IMG/VR virus record: IMGVR_UViG_3300032007_000037
Coordinates: 67,167-131,166 of that record
Strand: one strand, 5' to 3'
Length of the DNA: 64,000 bases
Source of the DNA: a virus
Lineage: Duplodnaviria; Caudoviricetes
This document shows, in pieces, positions 47,814-57,659 of this stretch. A program made the translations under genes and the position numbers. Under the pieces are notes generated by a model, which searched no databases, was not told the DNA's origin, and worked only from the letters and a program-made list of their open reading frames with translations. Each line of letters begins with the position of its first letter. Position 1 is the stretch's first letter.

Positions 47814-50800
47814 TTATACATGACCTCCGCAATCTTTCTTTAACTTCTTGATTCTAGCTAAGAAACCATCTTCGTCATTAGGATTAACAGCATCCGCTGT
47901 TCCTTCTGGTGAATCATCGACTCTTACTTCTTCAGTACCACCTTGTTCGTCTAGGAAAGATGTATCACTATTCACATCAAATCCTAATCCTTCGTCTGCT
48001 GGGGACATCTTTTGCTCTTGAATAATTGGTTGACTGTTAACAATTTCTTCAGTAGATGTAATCGTTTCTGCTGGAGTGTCACTCTGATCTTGAATAGCTT
48101 CTACTATAGCTTCTTTCTCAGCGTCAACCATCTTATCAAAGCTTGCTACTAATTTTTCATCAGACAATCTATTAAGCTTGAATTCTTCTCCAACTTTATA
48201 ATTTGCACTATCAAAGACTTCATATTCTCCTGTAACATTCTTTCGTAATAGTTGATTACTATTAGGTCTTTGTTGTACATAATCTTCATTTGTCTTAGGA
48301 TTAGGATATTCTACTTGAATAGGAATAATATTAATACTAGCTACTTGCAAACCATATTCATCCTCTAGGAACTTTGCATACATAGAGAGCTGCCTATCAT
48401 AACCTTTATTTGAACTCTCTGCTTCTTCTTTGGTAAGTATGTTGTTATGTTTTGTCTTAAAGTCATAGATATGCAAATTGCCATTTCTGTCTATAGCCAA
48501 TACGTCTAGTGTACCTGCTACTCTGACTTCCTCAGTCCCTACGCCATTTTCTTTTTTAACTGTAACGTTCAGCTCACCTTTGGCTGTAATATGACCAGGG
48601 TTATACTCACCATTCTCAGTATAGCTAGTCTGAATAATAACCTGACCTTTTCCCCTTAATCTAGTTTCAAATGCCTTAAGAGCTGCATATGCCTCGGCAT
48701 AATTTTTTGATGTTGAGTTGGCATACCTTTCAAAGGCAGTTAATCTTTCTTGTTCCGACATATTGTCAAATACACCATTAAAGACATCCCTACCAAATTC
48801 ATCAATACTATCACCTAGTTTAGAAGATACTGTAGCATAGGGACTATTAGGATCAAATCTTTCTCCCATTTCATCAAGAGCATATTTGATTGAAGTGACC
48901 CTTGACCAAATTTGTCCCTGTATAATATAATGTCTGCCATCATTTGTTAAGTTTCTTGTTTTAGAATCTTCAATCATTTTGTTAACGGCATTTATTATAA
49001 TCTTTGGTATACTGCTGACAATAGATTCCTTTGATGAGGGCTCAACTATCATACCTGTATCTCCATCAACAACACCTGCTGGGCTGTCTGTCTGTCCTAC
49101 AGGAAGTTGCTCTGTCACAGTAATAGCAGCATCAGGAGTAGGAACTTTATCTGTGTAAAGTTCATTTCTCATCCTATTATTAATGTTAACTTCTACACTT
49201 CTTGAAGGATAGACTAGTTTGGTCATTTGCATTTCCCAGATTCCATCATCATATAACTCTTCTAGATTAGTTCTAGCAGCTTCTCTGGCCTCTTTGGTAG
49301 AAGCATCATGCATACTGTTTACATCCTCATAGTTTACTTGAAGTTTAACGGCATCATATCTGGAATCATCTTTACTCTTTCTGACATTTCCTTCTTTATC
49401 TAAAATAAGATCTTTTAAGAATAATGCATATTCAGCTGGGCTTAACTTTTCGTTATACCTAGTAGTAAGAGTTGAAAGGAGGTTCTCATCAGCTTTTGCC
49501 CCATAATATGCTTTTATGCTTATTACCTTCTCCGCTGGTAAACCTTCTCCTATCTCTACATCAACAATAAGAGAGTTTCTACCAACCATAAGGTTGTTGT
49601 TTATAGCAGTCCTAACACTTTCTCCAAATTCAGAAAGAGTTTTTTTAAACTGACTAACATTAACTGGATTACCATTTGAATCAAACAATCCACTAGGAAG
49701 CTTTATTTTGGAAAGCTGATTAAACAATCTCCTAAATCTAGAATTAGAATTAATTATCTCCTGAGAATTGGTTCCTTCATTATCTACTTCTCGAAGTTCT
49801 TCTACAATAGGACGACCTGTGTTCTTATCTGTAATATTTTCCATATTCTTTAATAGAACAATCTTCTTCAAAGAGTCATTGGTTCCCTTTTGTATTCTGA
49901 AATCAAGTTCTTTACTATTAGGATCATCAGCATCTTTGCCAGGAACCTCCCTCTTTACTAGTCTGTCTAAGAATGTCTTTCGCATCTTTTCATACAATGA
50001 AGTTTTTCTAACTTCCTGAAGACTGTTTATCTCTTTTGCTTCTTGATAGGATTGTCTTTCTTCTTCGGTAGCATTAATCAAAGTTTCTATATCAGAAGCA
50101 ACATTTTCCTCCATCAATTGCTGCACACTCGTCTTGGGTGTTTCTTGAGTTCCATGCGGTATGGCATCTTCTTCTGTATGACTGTTTATATGAGCTTGGT
50201 CTACTGGCATTGTAATTGTAGTGCCGTTATATTTACTTCCTTTCTTAGGAGCATATCTTAAGACATGAGCATCAGAATCTTCCCAATTTATTCTACCTCG
50301 AATTGAACCCATCATTGTGGCAGTTTTTTTCATAGCTTCTGAATCACTTGTCCTAACCTCACTACTAGGCATAACTCCTACTACTTGATACTTATGGATT
50401 TTATTATCGGTCTTGTCTTTAATAGGAATCAACTTGCTTTCGTCATCAATGAGATGTTTGTTCTTATTAGTAATTTCTAACGCTAGAATAACTGGAGCAG
50501 ATATTGCAGCAACGTAGTTATAGCCTTTTCCCTCTATTTCTTCTTTTACTTTCTGAGTCACTGTCGGATCATAAATAAAAACAAATTGTCCTTGATGTAA
50601 AGGCCCTTGTTTTTTATCTTTTTTCCATTTTTCATATTCGTTTGCCAGAGCATCAGAAAATTTCTGTAAGAAAGCTACTACGTTATGTTGTTTGATATAG
50701 TCTTTCCAGACAGGATTTTTAAGAAGTGCATCTAAATCTCTTGATTCTAGAGTGGTAATAGGAGAGTTGGAGTTGGGGAAGAGGGGGTTATTAGTTTTAC

Positions 50801-53800
50801 CATCCTCTTTCTCCTTTACAGTTTCAACCTTCTCTTCCTCCTTCTTCAGCTCCAAATTTGAGAGTTTAGTAACCATAACATCTATCTGAGGGGCTTCACT
50901 TTGGTCTGTTATAAGGGCATCTTCTAAAATCTTATTCTGTAAAGCTTTAATATTAGTGAACGCAGTATTAGCCAAATGCGAAGACATAATATCCTTGATT
51001 TTATCTCTTGTCTGTTCTGGCATTTCCATCTTATTTATGGCTTCTAGTAAAGAGGCCACATCATCTATCAGGTTAGAATTTAGTGTTGCCGCACTGCTTA
51101 ATACAGCATCGTTCTTATCAGATTTCTTTGGTTCTTCTATTGGCTGTTCAATTTTCTTTTTCTTAAGGCCGAATATATCCCTTGTAGCAGGCTTCTCATC
51201 AGGTCTGGGCTCTCCTTCCTCCATAGTAGTTAGAGTTTGTTTTTCACCTTTAACTTCAATAGGAGTGGTGGCCACACTCTGTGGCTGAGTTGCGGTTTCT
51301 TTGGGGGTCATAGCCTTATCAGAGGTTTCTTTGGTCTCATTGAAACTATTAACCACATCGCTTGCTAACTGGGCCATATATTGAGGTTGTACAGAATTAA
51401 CTCTGTCTTCCACACTAACTACTTCCCCATCAGCATCAACAGAATGATTTCTTTCCTCTATATACTTTTGAAAGTCCTCTGTTTGAACTTGTCCTACCAT
51501 ATCATCAGTAGAGAATCCTCTTTCCGCTAAGAAATCTAAGGCTAAGTAAATCAGTCCCTTGTCATTATCTGTCAGTGTTCTATCTGTTGTAATTCGTTCA
51601 GACGTATCAGGTGTTTCCTCAGTATGTTTAACGGTTTTGGATTTTTTTAAGAATCTATCTAATTCTACAACCTTCTTTCTGGCTTCATTTCTTTCTGTCA
51701 AAACATTATCAATACCATCTTGTATAGTCTGAAGATCTTTATCAGAGACAATTCTAGCCTTATCCTTCATTAACTTTTCGGCAGTATCCCATATTCCCCT
51801 TAATATGGCAGTAGAATAATTTCTAGCTTTTTTAGTCATATTTTCTTCAGAAAGGGTTGCTTCGGAGTCATTAAGCACTTCTCTAAAAGCTTCTCCAACT
51901 ATCTTATCGTTAAAGAAATCAATAATATTCTTCTTTCTATTTTCAACCAAAGCTTGCTGAAGGTAATTAGCTCCTATAGGATCCTTCATAATTCTTTTGG
52001 CTGCTTCCATATTATCTTCTATCCTATGGGTTAATATAGCAGCATCCCTTATCCTTTCCATCGCATCATTAAGGACAGTACCATCTTCTACAAGAAGATT
52101 TTTTGCTTTATCTATTTCTTCTTGCTGGGCGTTAGAATAGTCATCCCTATAGTAATCATCAAGCATCCTAAGTCTATCATCAGCATTTAATTTGAGAATA
52201 TCCTTAGCAGATATTATTTGTTCTTCTGCCCCATCAGCAAAGGTTTTTTCATCAGTTTTAATTTTATTTAAAGCAGCCTGCTCTTTGTCTAATCTTTCCT
52301 TTGCAAATATTTCTTCTCTATATCTTAATTCCTTAAGTGTTGCATTCATTCGAATACTTAAATTAGGATTGTCCTCTTTTTTGGCATCTTGTTGGGCTTT
52401 CTCTAGCTTCCTTCTAGCTTCTTCTACCCTTCCTTCCTGAGCTTTAAGACTTCTTTCCCAACCCTTCTTGCTTCCATATTTAGCAAATGGATTACTGGGA
52501 GTATCTATTGATTCTTCCCAGCTAGTTCTATTAGAAATCTTCCCTTCAAGCTCCTTCAATCTTTCCTTGAATCTATCATTCATTACATATTGATACATCA
52601 GTTGCTTGGCAACTTCTGGATGATATGTAGCTCCAACAGACTTAGAGAATTTCTCTTGTAAGTCTTCTGTCTTCTCCATTATATTTAACAGGCCCTGTGC
52701 ATTCTCTTTAAGTCTGGACTTTGCAATATCAATCTGAGCATCAGTAGATAATCCTTCTAATACACCCTTATTAGAATCTAATCCAATGAAGGTCTTTAGC
52801 AGTTCTTTCTGCCTTTCAACTTGTTCTTCATCCGAACTTTCATCTATGGCAGCTGCATCTTCAAGAGTTTGTATAGCCCTACCATAAGAAGTATCCATTG
52901 AGTCAAAGATAGGACTTCCTAATACTGTATTAAAAGCGCCTATTAAGGAATTGGCAATTTTCTTTTTCCTACTCCACTTAGCTTTATCAGGTTCTGCCTG
53001 AGTATTCGTAACAGCACCATTCTTCTTTAAGTCTAACAGTGCCATTGCCAATGTAAATGCAGCTTTATCCTTTGCGTCTTTGGCTTCCATAATACTTGTT
53101 CCTTCTCTACTAGCTTCTACTTGGTTTAGAGAAGAAATTGTCTCTGTCATGTTATCCAACGCATAAGCATGTTCACTTATTGTCTTATTAGCTCTATCTA
53201 TTTCATTTTGTGTTAATCTTGAAGCAGAATGTGCATCGGCAACAGCTTGAAGTATAGGATTATTGACAAAGTCCCCTACAAGTTCTGACCAATGAATACC
53301 TGCTACTTTACTCCCAGATTTTTCAGCCTTTTCAATAGATTCTGCAAGCTGTTTCATTCTCTGTTTATGAGTAATAGCTCCTGCTATATTAGGACTAAAT
53401 GTTACAGGTGCGCCTAAAGCTCCTACTCCACCATCTATAAAGGATCTTTTATCAGCCATGGCCTCTTCTGCTCCAGCCATACCAGCAACAATTGGATTTA
53501 GATAATTATCCAATACAGTACCATATGCAGCGGGATTATACTTTTGCAGCAGATAGTTATTGAAATCTTGTATGCCATAAGCCTTTGCAAACCCCACTGT
53601 TACATCATCAAAATAATTAGACTGAAAGCCTCCCCATATTTGATTACTAACTTGTGCTAAAGCTTTTTTGGTTTTTGCCCATTTTGCTAAAGTATGCTTA
53701 CCGTCTTTAACCGTTGTTCCTAAATAAGGATTATTAACTCCCATTGCCGCCAAAGTTCCTTTATCGAAGAGATAGCTTTTGAATAACCCATTTGTAGGAG

Positions 53801-56006
53801 CCATTCTTGCTGCTTCTATGGTTGCGTCTAAAACATAACTATGAGCAGCATCTGCCCTAGCTTGTTCTCTTTCTTCCAAATGGTTATTCTCTTGTTTTTC
53901 AAGTATCCTTCTTCTAGAGTGTTCTACATAAGCCTTCCATGCTTCTTCTTCATTTAAAGCAACAGATGTAGCATTTTCTCCAGCATTAAGTTTCCTTCTT
54001 TCATTTGCAGCATTAACTAATTCTCGGAACTCTTGCATTGCTTGTGGAGTTTGCAACCATTCTTTAAGTTCATCGTCAGTATCTTTTCTTACAAGCTCAT
54101 CTACTTTAGCATTATTTTCCGCAAGAACGTCATTATAAGTTTGCATACCGTAGGCAACGTCAATACCTAATGAACTTCCAGCAAGAATACTTCCATGACC
54201 TATTTTGTTAGCTATCTTTGCACGTAATGGAGATTCTGAAGACAACACACCTGGGGATATCTCAGTTCCCCTTAAAAGTTTTGTGGAAGCTGATTGAACA
54301 AATTTGCTAAGAAGGTGGTTCTTAAGCAAATCTGACCATGCAAACTTGGTCATTCTAAGAGCTTCATTAGCAGTATTCCATGTCCAGAAGTCTCCTTCTG
54401 TACCAGGCATAACAACATTGTTCCACCTAGAAACCCCACCATTCTTATCGGCTTTTGCAATGGCATCGGGATCTAGGGTATTATATTGATCTACTTTATT
54501 CCAATATTGAGGATTTAATAATATGGAGTTGTTGCCTTCTCCACTTGCATCTTTACCGTCCAAATAATTTGATAAGGCCTTATCTCCTGCTTCATTGAAG
54601 TCTTCTCCATTAATTGAGCCTAACGTACCATAAGTCAAATAAGTAGCCAAAGCTCCTAAACCTACAACGTTATTAGCCAGATTTGAAACACCACCTACTG
54701 CTATATTCATTCCAGACTGCCCTGCCCATAACCATCCACTTTGATGTTCACTTGCATATTTCTGCATATCTTGGTCTAATACCTGCATAGCAGAATTCAT
54801 ACCAAACTTTTTTGCAATAGCTTCTGTTTGAGCAATATATCTCAGTTTATCCAAAGTGCCAAAGTGTTCAAACTCGCCAGAATCTTTAAAAGCACTATAA
54901 TGATTAGAGCCTATGTAGTCTTCTTCATGAACCTTCCCTAAAGAGTCTTTATATGTTCTTTTGCCATTAAGAGCTATATCATCAAACCAATCATCAATTT
55001 TACCAGAAGATAATCGACCATTGTTGTATGCTTGATACAACTCTTCATACCTGCTGGCTTGGTCTTCTGCTACAAGTTCCTTCTTTCTTTCATTATCTGC
55101 TACAATAATCTTATCAAGTATTTCATCATTTTCCTTCTGTTTCTTTGTAGTAGCGACATCATAAGAATCTTCAGGATGAAGAATGCCTTGCGCAAATCCT
55201 CCTATTCCACCTCCTAAAACACCCATGATTATACCAGCACCAAGACCAGCACCTCCACCTACTAATCCTCCTGCAATACTTCCAGAGAAGGCATATGACT
55301 TAGCACCTGACTTAGAACCCTCCCACGCAGCAGAAGCTCTGTCTTTTAAAGAATAATCCCACCAATTCTTAATACCTTCTTCCCATGTTTCGGGCTTAAA
55401 TAATAAGAGTTCTTGCTTCTTAGGATTTTGCTCTTCTTTATTATCAAGCATCTGCTGTGATAAATAATTAGACTTGAGCAAATCTCTCTTACCTTGTAGT
55501 GTAAGCTCTTCCAAAGCTGTGATATTGTTATTGCCTTTATATTTGTCATACACAGCTTTTGATAAAAGATAGTCTTCTAACCTTGCATCCCTTGCTTCTG
55601 TATCAGCTCCGTGAGTTATAGCGTTTGTATAATCATCTATTCCAAGATGTTTAACATATTCTTGATTTTTCCATAATCTTTCTTTAAAGATGTCTGACTT
55701 ATCAGCTATCTTGTCTGCATTTTCTTGTTCCCACAATGCTCTTTCCTCATCACTGAGTCCACCAAATCCAGTATCCCATCTGTTGATATCTGACATTACA
55801 TTGAACTGTTCAACCTGTTCTTTAACAGGAGTATTCACAGCCCAATTAACGAACTCTGTAGCCTTCTTTAATTGTTTTGAATTCCATGTTGGAACCTGAT
55901 AGTTAAAATAGTCATCTGCTACAGTAGGAACACTTTGATCAGCTTTAGAAGAACTATTCTGAAAAGTGTTATATGGATTAAATGTAAGTCCTATTCTATT
56001 TGCCAT
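47814..56006 (-). CDS. giant virion ejection/cargo protein with C-terminal PD-(D/E)xK nuclease domain
   Basis: 2730 aa. Gly-zipper hydrophobic segments near the N-terminus. VAGTLDVLAID..HIYDFKT..YDRQLSMY near the C-terminus. Confidence 0.8.
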   Translation of the reverse strand: MANRIGLTFNPYNTFQNSSSKADQSVPTVADDYFNYQVPTWNSKQLKKATEFVNWAVNTPVKEQVEQFNVMSDINRWDTGFGGLSDEERALWEQENADKIADKSDIFKERLWKNQEYVKHLGIDDYTNAITHGADTEARDARLEDYLLSKAVYDKYKGNNNITALEELTLQGKRDLLKSNYLSQQMLDNKEEQNPKKQELLLFKPETWEEGIKNWWDYSLKDRASAAWEGSKSGAKSYAFSGSIAGGLVGGGAGLGAGIIMGVLGGGIGGFAQGILHPEDSYDVATTKKQKENDEILDKIIVADNERKKELVAEDQASRYEELYQAYNNGRLSSGKIDDWFDDIALNGKRTYKDSLGKVHEEDYIGSNHYSAFKDSGEFEHFGTLDKLRYIAQTEAIAKKFGMNSAMQVLDQDMQKYASEHQSGWLWAGQSGMNIAVGGVSNLANNVVGLGALATYLTYGTLGSINGEDFNEAGDKALSNYLDGKDASGEGNNSILLNPQYWNKVDQYNTLDPDAIAKADKNGGVSRWNNVVMPGTEGDFWTWNTANEALRMTKFAWSDLLKNHLLSKFVQSASTKLLRGTEISPGVLSSESPLRAKIANKIGHGSILAGSSLGIDVAYGMQTYNDVLAENNAKVDELVRKDTDDELKEWLQTPQAMQEFRELVNAANERRKLNAGENATSVALNEEEAWKAYVEHSRRRILEKQENNHLEEREQARADAAHSYVLDATIEAARMAPTNGLFKSYLFDKGTLAAMGVNNPYLGTTVKDGKHTLAKWAKTKKALAQVSNQIWGGFQSNYFDDVTVGFAKAYGIQDFNNYLLQKYNPAAYGTVLDNYLNPIVAGMAGAEEAMADKRSFIDGGVGALGAPVTFSPNIAGAITHKQRMKQLAESIEKAEKSGSKVAGIHWSELVGDFVNNPILQAVADAHSASRLTQNEIDRANKTISEHAYALDNMTETISSLNQVEASREGTSIMEAKDAKDKAAFTLAMALLDLKKNGAVTNTQAEPDKAKWSRKKKIANSLIGAFNTVLGSPIFDSMDTSYGRAIQTLEDAAAIDESSDEEQVERQKELLKTFIGLDSNKGVLEGLSTDAQIDIAKSRLKENAQGLLNIMEKTEDLQEKFSKSVGATYHPEVAKQLMYQYVMNDRFKERLKELEGKISNRTSWEESIDTPSNPFAKYGSKKGWERSLKAQEGRVEEARRKLEKAQQDAKKEDNPNLSIRMNATLKELRYREEIFAKERLDKEQAALNKIKTDEKTFADGAEEQIISAKDILKLNADDRLRMLDDYYRDDYSNAQQEEIDKAKNLLVEDGTVLNDAMERIRDAAILTHRIEDNMEAAKRIMKDPIGANYLQQALVENRKKNIIDFFNDKIVGEAFREVLNDSEATLSEENMTKKARNYSTAILRGIWDTAEKLMKDKARIVSDKDLQTIQDGIDNVLTERNEARKKVVELDRFLKKSKTVKHTEETPDTSERITTDRTLTDNDKGLIYLALDFLAERGFSTDDMVGQVQTEDFQKYIEERNHSVDADGEVVSVEDRVNSVQPQYMAQLASDVVNSFNETKETSDKAMTPKETATQPQSVATTPIEVKGEKQTLTTMEEGEPRPDEKPATRDIFGLKKKKIEQPIEEPKKSDKNDAVLSSAATLNSNLIDDVASLLEAINKMEMPEQTRDKIKDIMSSHLANTAFTNIKALQNKILEDALITDQSEAPQIDVMVTKLSNLELKKEEEKVETVKEKEDGKTNNPLFPNSNSPITTLESRDLDALLKNPVWKDYIKQHNVVAFLQKFSDALANEYEKWKKDKKQGPLHQGQFVFIYDPTVTQKVKEEIEGKGYNYVAAISAPVILALEITNKNKHLIDDESKLIPIKDKTDNKIHKYQVVGVMPSSEVRTSDSEAMKKTATMMGSIRGRINWEDSDAHVLRYAPKKGSKYNGTTITMPVDQAHINSHTEEDAIPHGTQETPKTSVQQLMEENVASDIETLINATEEERQSYQEAKEINSLQEVRKTSLYEKMRKTFLDRLVKREVPGKDADDPNSKELDFRIQKGTNDSLKKIVLLKNMENITDKNTGRPIVEELREVDNEGTNSQEIINSNSRFRRLFNQLSKIKLPSGLFDSNGNPVNVSQFKKTLSEFGESVRTAINNNLMVGRNSLIVDVEIGEGLPAEKVISIKAYYGAKADENLLSTLTTRYNEKLSPAEYALFLKDLILDKEGNVRKSKDDSRYDAVKLQVNYEDVNSMHDASTKEAREAARTNLEELYDDGIWEMQMTKLVYPSRSVEVNINNRMRNELYTDKVPTPDAAITVTEQLPVGQTDSPAGVVDGDTGMIVEPSSKESIVSSIPKIIINAVNKMIEDSKTRNLTNDGRHYIIQGQIWSRVTSIKYALDEMGERFDPNSPYATVSSKLGDSIDEFGRDVFNGVFDNMSEQERLTAFERYANSTSKNYAEAYAALKAFETRLRGKGQVIIQTSYTENGEYNPGHITAKGELNVTVKKENGVGTEEVRVAGTLDVLAIDRNGNLHIYDFKTKHNNILTKEEAESSNKGYDRQLSMYAKFLEDEYGLQVASINIIPIQVEYPNPKTNEDYVQQRPNSNQLLRKNVTGEYEVFDSANYKVGEEFKLNRLSDEKLVASFDKMVDAEKEAIVEAIQDQSDTPAETITSTEEIVNSQPIIQEQKMSPADEGLGFDVNSDTSFLDEQGGTEEVRVDDSPEGTADAVNPNDEDGFLARIKKLKKDCGGHV

Positions 56007-56023
56007 AACATGTTTATTTAAAG

Positions 56024-57622
56024 TTAAATACCATTATGCTCACCGTCATTTTGCATATCAATATCCTCCATGATAATGTTATTAAGCTTGCCAACGAAAT
56101 TATTAAATGCGCTGACGTTTTTAATTTTTCCTTCAACGTCTACACCTGGAATATACAATCTAAATGAGTTGTCACTGGCAAAATCATAATCCCGTTTAAA
56201 CTCCATTATGCCAACTACTTTCTTTATCTGTTCGTCAGACATATTTTCACATACCTCAGGAAGTAAGTTCCTCACATAATCTCGGACTTGTTTTTTAGCT
56301 TTTTCTGATTTTAAGTTTTCATACTTGTAATCTTCAGCTTCAGAAGGTTTGCTACTAAAGGTATCTTCAGCCTCTAAATCAAATCCATTTTCAGCGTCAT
56401 TTCTAAAAGCATCAGCATGAAATATAGGAAATGCCTTTTTTAAGTCTAATTTTGTTGTGGTATATGTCCCATCCCCATTGTTTACAAGAAGCTCACCTGT
56501 TGTTGTTTTTCCTTTATTAACAATTAAATCTGCTGCACTTTTGCTTAAATTTGCTGGTTTTGTATTATTATCTGTCTTAAGATTACTTCTTCCGGGTAAA
56601 ACATTTCCTCTCCTTACATAATTTATATATTCGTCAGATATCCCAGTAATTCTTCCATTATCAACGTTATACATCCAAATGTCTGTTGCGTGTTTTGGAT
56701 CTTGTGTTGCATCATATCTGTAACCAGTAGGACTAGTTTTGTCTGGTACTAAGCCTGCCATTGTTGCTTGTAACTTCTGCCCCTCTAAGGCTCTGGCATT
56801 ACTTGCTCTTTCAGAAGCAGTCATGACATCATAGTCTCGCTGTATATTTCTTGCTTCTTTGTAAAGAGCACCTTCCATAATACCGTTAATAATGCTTTGT
56901 CTGGCTTTATCATAATTACTGCCAGTAAGGTTATCTTCAACGCCTCTAGCCTTCATGATATCATCAACAGCTTTCTTAAATTCTGGAATAGCTTCCAAAT
57001 TACTTTGAAACTCTGCTATCTTCTCAGGACTATAACCTTGAGTCTGAACAAACTCTTGATAATACTTTGATACTGTGTCATTTATCTTAGTATCGCCATA
57101 TATTCTTGCTGAGGCACTTGCAGCATACTGAGCACCCTCTTTTCTTAAATCCTCGCCACTAACATTATACAAGTTAGGTGTTTTATTATTTAAGAAATCA
57201 TCTATTGTGGGCTCAGAAGCATATAGCATAGAGGGATCTTTGGCTCTCATCTGAAGCCTGAAGTCCCTTTCCTTCTGAAGAGCTTTATCAGCTGTTTCCA
57301 ACTGACCAATTTCGCCTTGATACCTTTTCTTAAGATTCATCAGAGTTCTTCTATTACCCATATTAAGGCCATTTTTGCTGAAATCAGTAAAAGCTTTATT
57401 CATATCATCAGCATAACCTTTGTATATCTTGGCTGCTTGACTGTTGGGATTCTCCTCAGCTACTTGTTCAAGATATTTGAACATATTAGCTTTATTGGCT
57501 AAATCGTCATAAGCTGCCTCAGTTTTATCGTATTCTCCTTTATAAATAGTAAGAGGCTGTAACATCTCTTGAAAGCTATAAGGACGAAAGCTACTATCTA
57601 CAACATAATTATAGTTTGGCAT
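56024..57622 (-). CDS. virion cargo/structural protein
   Basis: 532 aa. N-terminal FRPYSFQEMLQPL motif. Lies within the virion gene block. Confidence 0.65.
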   Translation of the reverse strand: MPNYNYVVDSSFRPYSFQEMLQPLTIYKGEYDKTEAAYDDLANKANMFKYLEQVAEENPNSQAAKIYKGYADDMNKAFTDFSKNGLNMGNRRTLMNLKKRYQGEIGQLETADKALQKERDFRLQMRAKDPSMLYASEPTIDDFLNNKTPNLYNVSGEDLRKEGAQYAASASARIYGDTKINDTVSKYYQEFVQTQGYSPEKIAEFQSNLEAIPEFKKAVDDIMKARGVEDNLTGSNYDKARQSIINGIMEGALYKEARNIQRDYDVMTASERASNARALEGQKLQATMAGLVPDKTSPTGYRYDATQDPKHATDIWMYNVDNGRITGISDEYINYVRRGNVLPGRSNLKTDNNTKPANLSKSAADLIVNKGKTTTGELLVNNGDGTYTTTKLDLKKAFPIFHADAFRNDAENGFDLEAEDTFSSKPSEAEDYKYENLKSEKAKKQVRDYVRNLLPEVCENMSDEQIKKVVGIMEFKRDYDFASDNSFRLYIPGVDVEGKIKNVSAFNNFVGKLNNIIMEDIDMQNDGEHNGI

Positions 57623-57659
57623 ATTTTACTCCTCCGTTTTTAAACAGTTAAACGTTCTT

